From the human T2T-CHM13v2.0 reference genome, Homo sapiens: a stretch of 64,000 bases of DNA. Every line of letters starts with the position of its first letter. The first letter of the stretch is position 1. The DNA lies in NCBI RefSeq assembly GCF_009914755.1, contig NC_060933.1. The stretch is one strand, 5' to 3'. The notes under the pieces were generated by a model, which worked only from the letters and a program-made list of their open reading frames with translations, searched no databases and was not told where the DNA came from. Made by a program: the position numbers and the translations under genes. This document shows, in pieces, positions 15,101 to 28,600 of the stretch.

Positions 15101-16640
15101 TCGGGTTGATTCCATTCCATTCCATTCCGTTCCATTCCGGATGACTCCATTCCATTGCATTCCATTCCATTCCATTCCCCTGCACTCGGTTTCATTACAT
15201 TCCATTCCATTCACTTCCATTCCATTCCATTCTATTCCATTCCATTCCATTCCATTCCATTCCAATCGAGTTGATTCCATTCCATTCCATTCCATTCCAT
15301 TCAATTCCGAATGATGTCATTCCATTGCCTTCCATTCCATTCCATTCCCCTGCACTCGGGTTGATTCCATTCCATTCCATTCCATCCCATTCCATTCCAT
15401 TCCATTCCATTTCGTTCCATTCCATTCTATTCCGTACCATTCCTTTCCATTCCATTCCATTCCATTCCATTCCATTTCCTTCCATTCCATTCCATTCCAT
15501 TCCATTCCATTCCATTCCATTCCATTCTATTAGGGTTAATTCCATTCCATTCCATTCCATGCCATGCCATTCCACTCGGGTTGATTCCATTCCTTTCCAT
15601 TCCATTCGAGTTGAATCCATTCCATTCCATTCCATTCCATTCCATTCCATTGCACACGGGTTCATTTCATTCCATTCCATTCCATTCCATTTCGTTCCAT
15701 TCCATTCTATTCCATACCATTCCATTCCATTCCATTCCATTAGACTCCATTCCATGCCATTCCACTCGGTTTTATTCCATTCGTTTCCATTCCATTCGGG
15801 TTGAATCCATTGCATTCCATTCCATTCGATTCCATTACATTGCACTCGTGTTGTTTCCATTCCATTCCATTCCCTTCCATTCCATTCCATGCCATTCCAC
15901 TCGGGTTGATTTCATTACATTCCGTTCCATTCGAGTCGAACCCATTCCATTCCATTCCATTCCATTCCATTCCATTCCAATCCATTGCACACGTGTTCAC
16001 TCCATTCCATTCCATTCCATTCCATTCCATTCCATTTCGTTCCATTCCATTCTATTCGGTACCATTCCATTCCATTCCATTCGGTACCATTCCATTCCAT
16101 TCCAATCCATTCCATTCCATGCCATTCCACTTGGGTTGATTCCCTTCCTTTCCATTCCATTCGGGTTGAATCCATTCCATTCCATTCCATTCCATTCCAT
16201 TCCATTCCATTCCTTTCAATTCCATTGCACACGGGTTGGTTCCATTCCATTCCTTTCCGTTCCATTCCGGATGACTCCATTTCATTGCATTCCATTCCAT
16301 TCCATTCCCCTGCACTCGGGTTCATTACCTTCCATTCCATTTACTTCCATTCCATTCCATTCCATTCTATTCGGGTTAATTCCATTCCATTCCATTCCAT
16401 TCCATTCCATTCCATTCCATTCCATTCCATTCCATTCCATTGCAATCGAGTTGATTCCATTCCATTCCATTCAATTCCGGATGATTCCATTCCATTGCCT
16501 TCAATTCCATTCCATTCCCCTGCACTCGGGTTGATTCCATTCCATTCCATTCCATTCCATTCCATTCCATTCCATTTCATTCCATTCCATTTCGTTCCTT
16601 TCCATTCTATTCCGTACCATTCCATTCCATTCCATTCCAT
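9200..16640 (+). repeat. Domain A higher-order repeat, ~6.05 kb unit (9200-15260) followed by a partial next copy (15260-16640)
   Basis: Rare landmarks recur at a constant 6053 bp offset: TAGACT 9688/15741, CGAGTCGAACCC 9879/15932, and paired KpnI GGTACC sites 10005+10030/16058+16083. Confidence 0.8.
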
Positions 16641-16649
16641 TCCAGTCCA

Positions 16650-19600
16650 TTCCATGCCATTCCACTCGTGTTGATTCCATTCTTTCCATTCCATTCAAGT
16701 TGAATCCATTCCATTGCATTCCATTCCATTCCATTCCCCTGCAGTCGGGTTGATTCCATTCCATTCCATTCCATTCCATTCCATTCCATTCCGTTCCGTT
16801 CCGTTCCATTCCATTCCATTCCATTCTATTCGGGTTAATTCCATTCCATTCCATTGCATTCCATTCCAGTCGAGTTGATTCCATTCCATTCCATTCCATT
16901 CCATTCCACTCCATTCCAGTCCTTTCCATTCCATTCCACTAGGGTTGATTCCAATGTATTCCTTTCCATTCCATTCCATTCCATTGCAATCGAGTTGATT
17001 CCATTGCTTTGCATTCCATTCCATTCCATTCCATTCCGGATGATTCCATTCCATTGCATTCCATTCCATTCCATTCCATTCCATTCCATTCCATTCCATT
17101 CCCTTCCATTCCATTCCATTACATTCGGATTGATTCTTTTCAATTCCCTTACACTCCATTACATTCCATTCCATTAGGGTAGTTTCCATTCCATTCCATT
17201 CCATTCCTCTCCATTCCATTGCACTCGGGTTGATTCCATTCCATTGCATTCCATTCCATTCCATTCAATTCCATTCCGTTCCATTCCATTCCATTACATT
17301 TGGATTGATTCTATTCAACTCCCTTACTCTCCGTTACATTCCATTCCATTCGGGTTTTTCCATTCCATTCCATTCCATTCCACTCCATTCCATTGCACTC
17401 GGGTTTATTCCATTCCGTTCCATTCAATTCCATTCCATTCCGGAGGATTCCATTCCATTGCATTCCATTCCATTCCATTCCCCTGCACTCGCGTTGATTC
17501 CATTCCATTCCATTCCATTCCATTCCATTCCTTTCCGTTCAATTCCATTCCATTCCATTGCATTCCAATCCATTCCATTCCGTTCCGTTCCGTTCCATTC
17601 CATTCCATTCCATTCTATTCGGGTTAATTCCATTCCATTCCATTCGATTGCAATCGAGTTGATTCCATTCCATTCTATTCCATTCCATTCCATTCCATTC
17701 CATTCCTTTCCATTCCATTCCATTACGGATGATTCCATTCCATTGCATTCCATTCAATTCCATTCCCCTGTACTCGGGTTGATTCCATTGCATTCCATTC
17801 CAATCCATGCCATTCCACTCGTGTTGATTCCATTCTTTCCATTCCATTCAAGTTGAATCCATTCCATTGCATTCCATTCCATTCCATTCCATTCCATTCC
17901 ATTCCATTCCATTCCATTCCATTCCGTTCCGTTCCATTCCATTCCATTCCATTCTATTCGGGTTAATTCCATTCCATTCCATTCCATTCCATTCCAATCG
18001 AGTTGATTCCATTCCATTCCATTCCATTCCATTCCATTCCACTCCATTCCAGTCCTTTCCATTCCATTCCACTCGGGTTGATTCCAATGTATTCCTTTCC
18101 ATTCCATTCCATTCCATTGCAATCGAGTTGATTCCATTGCTTTGCATTCCATTCCATTCCATTCCATTACGGATGATTCCATTCCATTGCATTCCATTCC
18201 ATTCCATTCCCCTGCACTCGGGTTGATTCCATTCCATTTCACTCCATTCCGTTCCATTCCATTCCATTCCATTTTATTCGGGTTAATTCCATTCCATTCC
18301 ATTCCATTCCATTCCATTACAATCGAGTTGATTCCATTCCATTCCATTCCATTCCAGTCCTTTCCATTCCATTCTACTCGGGTTGATTCCATTCTATTAG
18401 TTTCCATTCCATTCCATTCCCTTCCATTCCACTCTGGTTGATACCATTCCTTTCCATTCCACTCGAATACATTCCCTCCTATTCCACTCGGAACGATTCC
18501 ATTCCATTCCATTCCATTCCATTCCATTCCATTCCATTCCATTTCGTTCCATTCCATTCTATTCCGTATCATTCCATTCCATTCCATTCCATTCCATTCC
18601 ATTCCATTCCATTGTACTCAGGTTGATTCAATTCCATTGCATTCCATTCCATTCCATTCCATTCCATTCCATTCCGTTCTATTCCATTCCATTACATTCG
18701 GATTGATTCTATTCAACTCCCTTACTGTCCATTACATTCCATTCCATTCGGGTTGTTCCATTCCATTCCATTCCATTCCACTCCATTCCATTGCACTCGG
18801 GTTGATTCCATTCCATTCCATTACATTCCATTCCATTCCATTCCATTCCGGATGATTCCATTCCATTGCATTCCGTTCCATTACATTCCCCTGCACTCGC
18901 GTTGATTCCATTCCATTCCATTCAATTCCATTCCATTACAATTCGTTCCATTCCATTCTATTCCGTACCATTCCATTCCATTCCATACCATTCCATTCCA
19001 TTCCATTCCATTCCGTTCCGTTCCATTCCGTTCCATTCCATTCCATTCCATTCTATTCGGATTAATTCCATTCCATGCCATTCCATTCCATTCTATTCCA
19101 TTCCATTGCAATCGAGTTGAATCCATTGCATTTCATTCCATTCCATTCCATTCCATTCCATTCCGGAAGATTCCATTCCATTGCATTCCATTGCATTCCA
19201 TTCCCCTGCACTCGCGTTGATTGCATTCCATTCCATTCCATTCCATTCCGTTCCGTTCCGTTCCATTCCATTCCATTCCATTCCATTCCGTTCCGTTCCA
19301 TTCCATTCCATTCCATTCTATTCGGGTTAATTCCATTCCATTCCATTCCATTGCAATCGAGTTGATTCCATTCCATTCTATTCCTTTCCATTCCATTCCA
19401 TTCCATTCCTTTCCATTCCATTACGGATGATTCCATTCCATTGCATTCCATTCCATTCCATTCCCCTGTACTCGGGTTGATTCCATTCCATTCCATTCCA
19501 ATCCATGCCATTCCACTCGTGTTGATTCCATTCTTTCCATTCCATTCAAGTTGAATCCATTCCATTGCATTCCATTCCATTCCATTCCCCTGCATTCGGG

Positions 19601-22600
19601 TTGATTCCATTCCATTCCATTCCATTCCATTCCATTCCATTCCATTCCGTTCCGTTCCATTCCATTCCATTCCATTCTATTCGGGTTAATTCCATTCCAT
19701 TCCATTCCATTCCATTCCATTCCAATCGAGTTGATTCCATTCCATTCCATTCCATTCCATTCCACTCCATTCCAGTCCTTTCAATTCCATTCCACTCGGG
19801 TTGATTCCAATGTATTCCCTTCCATTCCATTCCATTCCATTGTAATCGAGTTGATTCCATTGCTTTGCATTCCATTCCATTCCATTCCATTCCGGATGAT
19901 TCCATTCCATTGCATTCCATTCCATTCCATTCCCCTGCACTCGGGTTGACTCCATTCCATTCCACTCCATTCCGTTCCGTTCCATTCCATTCCATTGTAC
20001 TCGGGTTAATTCCATTCCATTCCATTCCATTCCATTCCATTCCATTACAATCGAGTTGATTCCATTCCATTCCATTCCATTCCAGTCCTTTCCATTCCAT
20101 TCCACTCGGGTTGATTCCATTCTATTAGTTTCCATTCCATTCCATTCCCTTCCATTCCACTCTGGTTGATACCATTCCTTTCCATTCCACTCGAATACAT
20201 TCCCTCCTATTCCACTCGGAACGATTCCATTCCATTCCATTCCATTCCATTCCATTCCATTCCATTCCATTCCATTTCGTTCCATTCCATTCTATTCCGT
20301 ATCATTCCATTCCATTCCATTCCATTCCATTCCATTCCATTTTACTCGGGTTGATTCAATTCCATTGCATTCCATTCCATTCCATTCCATTCCATTCCAT
20401 TCCGTTGCATTCCATTCCATTACATTCGGATTGATTCTATTCAACTCCCTTACTCTCCATTACATTCCATTCCATTCGGGTTGTTCCATTCCATTCCATT
20501 CCATTCCACTCCATTCCATTGCACTCGGGTTGATTCCATTCCATTCCATTCCATTCCATTCCATTCCATTCCATTCCATTCCGGATGATTCCATTCCATT
20601 GCATTCCGTTCCATTACATTTCCCTGCACTCGCGTTTATTCCATTCCATTCAATTCCATTCCATTCCATTCCATTCCATTACAATTCGTTCCATTCCATT
20701 CTATTCCGTACCATTCCACTCCATTCCATACCATTCCATTCCATTCCATTCCATTCCATTCCATTCCGTTCCATTCCGTTCCATTCCATTCCATTCCATT
20801 CTATTCGGATTAATTCCATTCCATTCCATTCTATTCCATTCCATTGCAATCGAGTTGATTCCATTCCATTCCATTCCATTCCATTCCATTCCATACCATT
20901 CCGGAAGATTCCATTCCATTGCATTCCATTCCATTCCATTCCCCTGCACTCGCGTTGATTCCATTCCATTCCATTCTACTCCATTCCATTCCCTTCCTTT
21001 CCGTTCCATTCCATTCCATTCCATTCCATTTCATTCCATTCCGTTCCATTCCATTCCATTCCATTCCATTCCATTCCATTCCATTCCGTTCCGTTCCATT
21101 CCATTCCATTCCATTCTATTCGGGTTAATTCCATTCCATTTCATTCGATTGCAATCGAGTTGATTCCATTCCATTCCATTCCATTCCATTCCATTCCTTT
21201 CCATTCCATTACGGATGATTCCATTCCATTGCATTCCATTCCATTCCATTCCCCTGTACTCGGGTTGATTCCATTACATTCCATTCCAATCCATGCCATT
21301 CCACTCGTGTTGATTCCATTCTTTCCATTCCATTCAAGTTGAATCCATTCCATTACATTCCATTCCATTCGATTCCATTAGATTGCACTCGGGTTGATTC
21401 CATTCCATTGCATTCCATTCCATTCCGTTCCATTCCATTCCATTCCATTCCATTCCGTTCCATTCCATTCCATTACATTCGGATTGATTCTATTCAATTC
21501 CCTTACACTCCATTCCATTCCATTCCATTCGGGTAGTTTCCATTCCATTCCATTCCATTCCTCTCCATTCCATTGAACTCGGGTTGATTCCATTCCATTG
21601 CATTCCATTCCATTCCATTCAATTCCATTCCGTTCCATTCCATTCCATTACATTCGGATTTATTCTATTCAACTCCCTTACTCTCCATTACATTCCATTC
21701 CATTCGGGTTGTTCCATTCCATTCCATTCCATTCCACTCCATTCCATTTCACTCGGGTTTATTCCATTCCATTCCATTCCATTCCATTCCGGAAGATTCC
21801 ATTCCATTCCATTCCATTCCATTCCATTCCCCTGCACTCGTGTTGATTCCATTCCATTCCATTCCATTCCATTCCATTCCATTCCATTCCATTCCATTCC
21901 GTTCCGTTCCATTCCATTCCATTCCATTCCATTCCAATCCATTCCGTTCCGTTCCGTTCCGTTCCATTCCATTCCATTCCATTCTATTCGGGTTAATTCC
22001 ATTCCATTCCATTCGATTGCAATCGAGTTGATTCCATTCCATTCCATTCCATTCCATTCCATTCCATTCCTTTCCATTCCATTACGGATGATTAAATTCC
22101 GTTGCATTCCATTCCATTCCATTCCCCTGTACTCGGGTTGATTCCATTCCATTCCATTCCAATCCATGCCATTCCACTCGTGTTGATTCCATTCTTTCCA
22201 TTCCATTCAAGTTGAATCCATTCCATTGCATTCCATTCCATTCCATTCCCCTGCAGTCGGGTTGTTTCCATTCCATTCCATTCCATTCCATTCCATTCCA
22301 TTCCATTCCGTTCCGTTCCATTCCATTCCATTCCATTCTATTCGGATTAATTCCATTCCATTCCATTCCATTCCATTCCATTCCATTCCATTCCAATCGA
22401 GTTGATTCCATTCCATTCCATTCCATTCCATTCCACTCCATTCCAGTCCTTTCCATTCCATTCCACTCGGGTTGATTCCAATGTATTCCTTTCCATTCCA
22501 TTCCATTCCATTGCAATCGAGTTGATTCCATTGCTTTGCATTCCATTCCATTCCATTCCATTCCGGATGATTCCATTTCATTGCATTCCATTCCATTCCA

Positions 22601-25600
22601 TTCCCCTGCACTCGGGTTGATTCCATTCGATTCCACTCCATTCCGTTCCATTCCATTCCATTGCATTGTATTCGGGTTAATTCCATTCCATTCCATTCCA
22701 TTCCATTCCATTCCATTCCATTCCATTACAGTCGAGTTGATTCCATTCCATTCCATTCCATTCCAGTCCTTTCCATTTCATTCCTCTCGGGTTGATTCCA
22801 TTCTATTAGTTTCCATTCCATTCCATTCCCTTCCATTCCTCTCAGGTTTTTTCCATTCCTTTCCATTCCACTCGAATACATTCCCTCCTATTCCACTCAG
22901 AACGATTCCATTCCATTCCATTCCATTCCATTCCATTTCGTTCCATTCCATTCTATTCCGCATCATTCCATTCCATTCCATTCCATTCCATTCCATTCCA
23001 TTCCATTGTACTCGGGTTGATTCAATTCCATTGCACTCCATTCCATTCCATTCCATTCCACTCCGTTGCATTCCATTCCATTACATTCGGATTGATTCTA
23101 TTCAACTCCCTTACTCTCCATTCCATTCCATTCCATTCGGGTTGTTCCATTCCATTCCATTCCATTCCACTCCATTCCATTGCACTCGGGTTGATTCCAT
23201 TCCATTCCATTATATTCCATTCCATTCCATTCCATTCCGGATGATTCCATTCCATTGCATTCCGTTCCATTACATTCCCCTGCACTCGCGTTGATTCCAT
23301 TCCATTCCATTCCATTCCATTCAACTCCATTCCATTACAATTCGTTCCATTCCATTCTATTCTGTACCATTGCATTCCATTCCATACCATTCCATTGCAT
23401 TCCATTCCATTCCATTCCGTTCCATTCCGTTCCATTCCATTCCATTCCATTCTATTCGAATTAATTCCATTCAATTCCATTCCATTCCATTCTATTCCAT
23501 TCCATTGCAATCGAGTTGAATCCATTGCATTTCATTCCATTCCAGTCCATTCCATTCCATTCCGGAAGATTCCATTCCATTGCATTCCATTCCATTCCAT
23601 TCCCCTGCACTCGCGTTGATTCCATTCCATTCCATTCCATTCCATTCCATTCCGTTCCGTTCCATTCCATTCCATTCCATTCCATTCCATTCTATTTGGG
23701 TTAATTCTATTCCATTCCATTCCATTCCATTCCATTCCATTCCAATCGAGTTGATTCCATTCCATTCCTTTCCATTCCATTCCACTCCATTCCAGTCCTT
23801 TCCATTCCATTCCACTCGGGTTGATTCCATTCTATTCCTTTCCATTCCATTCCATTCCATTGCAATCGAGTTGATTCCATTGCTTTGCATTCCATTCCAT
23901 TCCATTCCATTCCGGATGATTCCATTCCATTGCATTCCATTCCATTCCATTCCCCTGCACTCGGGTTGATTCCATTCCATTCCACTCCATTCTGTTCCAT
24001 TCCATTCCGTTCCATTGTATTCGGGTTAATTCCATTCCATTCCATTCCATTCCATTCCATTACTCGAGTTGATTCCATTCCATTCCATTCCATTCCATTC
24101 CATTCCATTCCAGTCCTTTCCATTCCATTCCACTCGGGTTGATTCCATTCTATTAGTTTCCATTCCATTCCATTCCCTTCCATTCCACTCTGGTTGATTC
24201 CATTCTTTTCCATTCCACTCGAATACATTCCCTCCTATTCCACTCGGAACGATTCCATTCCATTCCATTCCATTCCATTCCATTCGATTCCAGTTCGTTC
24301 CATTCCATTCTATTCTGTACCATTCCATTCCATTCCATTCCTTTCCATTCCATTCCTTTCCACTCGTGTTGATTCCATTCCTTTCCATTCCATTCGGTTT
24401 GAAGGCATTCCATTCCATTCAATTCCACTCCATTCCATTCAATTCCATTCCATTCTATTCCATTCCATTGCAATCGAGTTGAATCCATTGCCTTTCATTC
24501 CATTCCATTCCATTCCATTCCATTCCGGAAGATTCCATTCCATTACATTCCATTCCATTCCATTCCCCTGCACTCGCGTTGATTAAATTCTATTCCATTC
24601 CATTCCATTCCGTTCCGTTCAATTCCATTCCATTCCATTCCATTCCGTTCCGTTCCATTCCATTGCATTCCATTCTATTCGGGTTAATTCCATTCCATTC
24701 CATTCGATTGCCATCGAGTTGATTCCATTCCATTCCATTCCATTCCATTCCATTCCTTTCCATTCCATTACGGATGACTCCATTCCATTGCTTTCCATTC
24801 CTTTCCATTCCCCTTTACTCGGGTTGATTCCATTCCATTCCATTCCACTCCATTCGGTTCCGTTGCATTCCATTCTATTGCATTCCATTCTATTCGGGTT
24901 AATTCCTTTCCATTTTATTCCATTCCATTCCATTCCATTCCATTGCAATGGAGTTTATTCCATTCCATTCCATTCCATTCCGGATGATTCCATTCCATTG
25001 CATTCCATTCCATTCCATTCCCCTGCTCTCGTGTTGATTCCATTCCCTTCCATTCCATTCCATTCCGTTCCATTCCATTCCATTCCATTCTATTCCGGTT
25101 AATTCCATTCCATTCCATTCCATTCCATTCCATTCCATTCCATTCCATTCCATTCCATTCCATTGCAATCGAGTTGATTCCATTCCATTCCTTTCCATTC
25201 CATTCCATTGCCTTGCATTCCACTCGGGTTGATTCCATTCCCTTCTTTCCACTCCATTACATTCCCTTCCATTCCACTCGGAATGATTGATTCCATTCCA
25301 TTCCATTCCATTCCACTCCATTCCATTGCACTCGGGTTGATTCCATTCCATTCCATTCAATTCCATTCCATTCCGGATGATTCCATTGCATTGCATTCCG
25401 TTCCATTACATTCCCCTGCACTCGGGTTGATACCATTCCATTCCATTCCATTCAATTCCATTCCATTCGATTCCATTCCGGATGATTCCATTCCATTGCA
25501 TTCCATTCCATTCCATTCCCCTGCACTCGGGTTGATTACATTCCATTTCCTTCCCTTCCATTCCTTTCCATTCCATTCCATTCCATTCTATTCGGGTGAA

Positions 25601-28600
25601 TTCCATTCCATTCCATTCCATTCCATTCCATTCCATTCTATTCCATTCCATTCCATTCCATTGCAATCGAGTTGATTCCATTTGATTCCATTCCATTCCG
25701 TTCCGGATGATTCCATTCCATTCCATTCTATTCCATTCCATTCCCGTGCAGTCGGGTTGATTCCATTCCATTCCATTCTATTCCATTCTATTCCATTCCA
25801 TTCCGTTCCATTCCATTCCATTCCATTCTATTCGGGTTAATTGCATTCCATTCCATTCCATTCCATTCCATTCCATTCCAATCGAGTTGATTCCATTCCA
25901 TTCCATTCCATTCCATTCCACTCCATTCCAGTCCTTTCCATTCCATTACACTCGGGTTGATTCCATTCTATTCCTTTCTATTCCATTCCATTCCATTGCA
26001 ATCGAGTTGATTCCATTGCTTTGCATTCCATTCCATTCCATTCCATTCCGGATGATTCCATTCCACTGCATTCCATTCCATTCCATTCCCCTGCACTCGG
26101 GTTGATTCCATTCCATTCCACTCCATTCCATTCCATTCCATTCCATTCCATTTTATTCGGGTTAATTCCATTCCATTCCATTCCATTCCATTCCATTCCA
26201 TTCCATTCCATTACAATCGAGTTGTTTCCATTCCATTCCATTCCATTCCATTCCATTCCATTCCATTCCATTCCATTGCAATCGAGTTGATTCCATTCCA
26301 TTTCATTCCATTCCATTCTATTACATTCCATTCCAATCGAGTTGATTCCATTCGATTTCATTGCATTCCATTCCATTCCATTCCATTCCAGTCCTTTCCA
26401 TTCCATTCCACTCGGGTTGATTCCATTCTATTAGTTTCCATTCCATTCCATTCTCTTCCATTCCACTCTGGGTGATTCCATTCCTTTCCATTCCACTCGA
26501 ATACATTCCCTCCTATTCTACTCGGAACGATTCCATTCCATTCCATTCCATTCCATTCCATTCCATTCCATTCCATTCCATTCCATTCCATTTCGTTCCA
26601 TTCCATTCTGTTCCGTATCATTCCATTCCATTCCATTCCATTCCCTTCCATTCCATTCCATTACATTCCACTCGTGTTGATTCCATTCCTTTCCATTCCA
26701 TTCGGTTTGAAGGCATTCCATTCCATTCCATTCCATTCGATTCCATTCCATTGTACTCGGGTTGATTCTATTCCATTGCATTCCATTCCATTCCAATCCG
26801 TTGCATTCCATTCCATTACATTCGGATTGATTCTATTCAACTCCCTTACTCTCCATTACATTCCATTCCATTCGGGTTGTTCCATTCCATTCCATTCCAT
26901 TCCACTCCATTCCATTGCACTCGGGTTGATTCCATTCCATTCCATTCCATTCCATTCCATTCCGGATGATTCCGTTCCATTGCATTCCGTTCCATTACAT
27001 TCCCCTGCACTCGCGTTGATTCCACTCCATTCCATTCCATTCCATTCCATTCAATTCCATTCCATTACAATTCGTTCCATTCCATTCTATTCCGTACCAT
27101 TCCATTCCATTCCATACCATTCCATTCCATTCCATTCCATTCCATTCCGTTCCGTTCCATTCCGTTCCATTCCATTCCATTCCATTCCATTCCATTGCAA
27201 TCGAGTTGAATCCATTGCATTTCATTCCATTCCATTCCATTCCATTCCATTCCGGAAGATTCCATTCCATTGCATTCCATTCCATTCCATTCCCCTGCAC
27301 TCGCGTTGATTCCATTCCATTCCATTCCATTCCATTGCATTCCGTTCCGTTCCGTTCCATTTCATTCCATTCCATTGCATTCCATTCCGTTCCCTTCCAT
27401 TCCATTCCATTCCATTCTATTCGGGTTAATTCCATTCCATTCCATTCGATTGCAATCGAGTTGATTCCATTCCATTCCATTCTATTCCGTTCCGGATGAT
27501 TCCATTCTATTGCATTCCATTCCATTCCATTCCCCTGCAGTCGGGTTGATTCCATTCCATTCCATTCCATTCCATTCCGTTCCATTCCATTCCATTCCAT
27601 TCTATTCGTGTTAATTCCATTCCATTCCTTTCCATTCCATTCCATTCCATTCCAATCGAGTTGATTCCATTCCATTCCATTCCATTCCATTCCACTCCAT
27701 TCCAGTCCTTTCCATTCCATTACACTCGGGTTGATTCCGTTCTATTCCTTTCCATTCCATTCCATTCCATTGCAATCGAGTTGATTCCATTGCTTTGCAT
27801 TCCATTCCATTCCATTCCATTCCGGATGATTCCATTCCATTGCATTCCATTCCATTCCATTCCCCTGCACTCGGGTTGATTGCATTCCATTCCACTCCAT
27901 TCCGTTCCATTCTAGTCCATTCCATTGTATTCGGGTTAATTCCATTCCATTCCATTCCATTCCATTCCCTTACAATGTAGTTGATTCCATTCAATTCCAT
28001 TCCATTCCATTCCATTCCAGTCCTTTCCATTCCATTCCACTCGTGTTGATTCCATTCTATTAGTTTCCATTCCATTCCATTCCCTTCCATTCCAATCTGG
28101 TTGATTCCATTCCTTTCCATTCCACTCGAATACATTCCCTCCTATTCCACTCAGAACTATTCCATTCCATTCCATTCCATTCCATTCCATTCCATTCCAT
28201 TCCAGTTCGTTCCATTCCATTCTATTCCGTACCATTCTATTCCATTCCATTCCTTTCCATTCCATTCCATTCCACTCGTGGTGATTCCATTCCTTTCCAT
28301 TCCATTCGGTTTGAAGGCATTCCATTCCATTCAATTCCATTCCATTCCATTCCATTCCATTCCATTCCATTCCATTGTACTCGAGTTGATTCCATTCCAT
28401 TGCATTCAATTCCATTCCATTCCATTCCATTGTACTCGAGTTGATTCCATTCCATTGCATTCCATTCCATTCCATTCCATTTCATTCCGTTGCATTCCAT
28501 TCCTTTACATTCGGATTGATTCTATTCAACTCCCTTACTCTCCATTACATTACATTCCATTCGGGTTGTTCCATTCCATTCCATTCCATTCCACTCCATT

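Noticed and set aside
63-16088. Assignment to DYZ1 (~3.6 kb period) or D15Z1 (1.8 kb KpnI repeat)
   Set aside because: The ~3.7 kb period holds for only about two copies and KpnI sites are not at 1.8 kb intervals. The chromosome cannot be fixed without a k-mer search.
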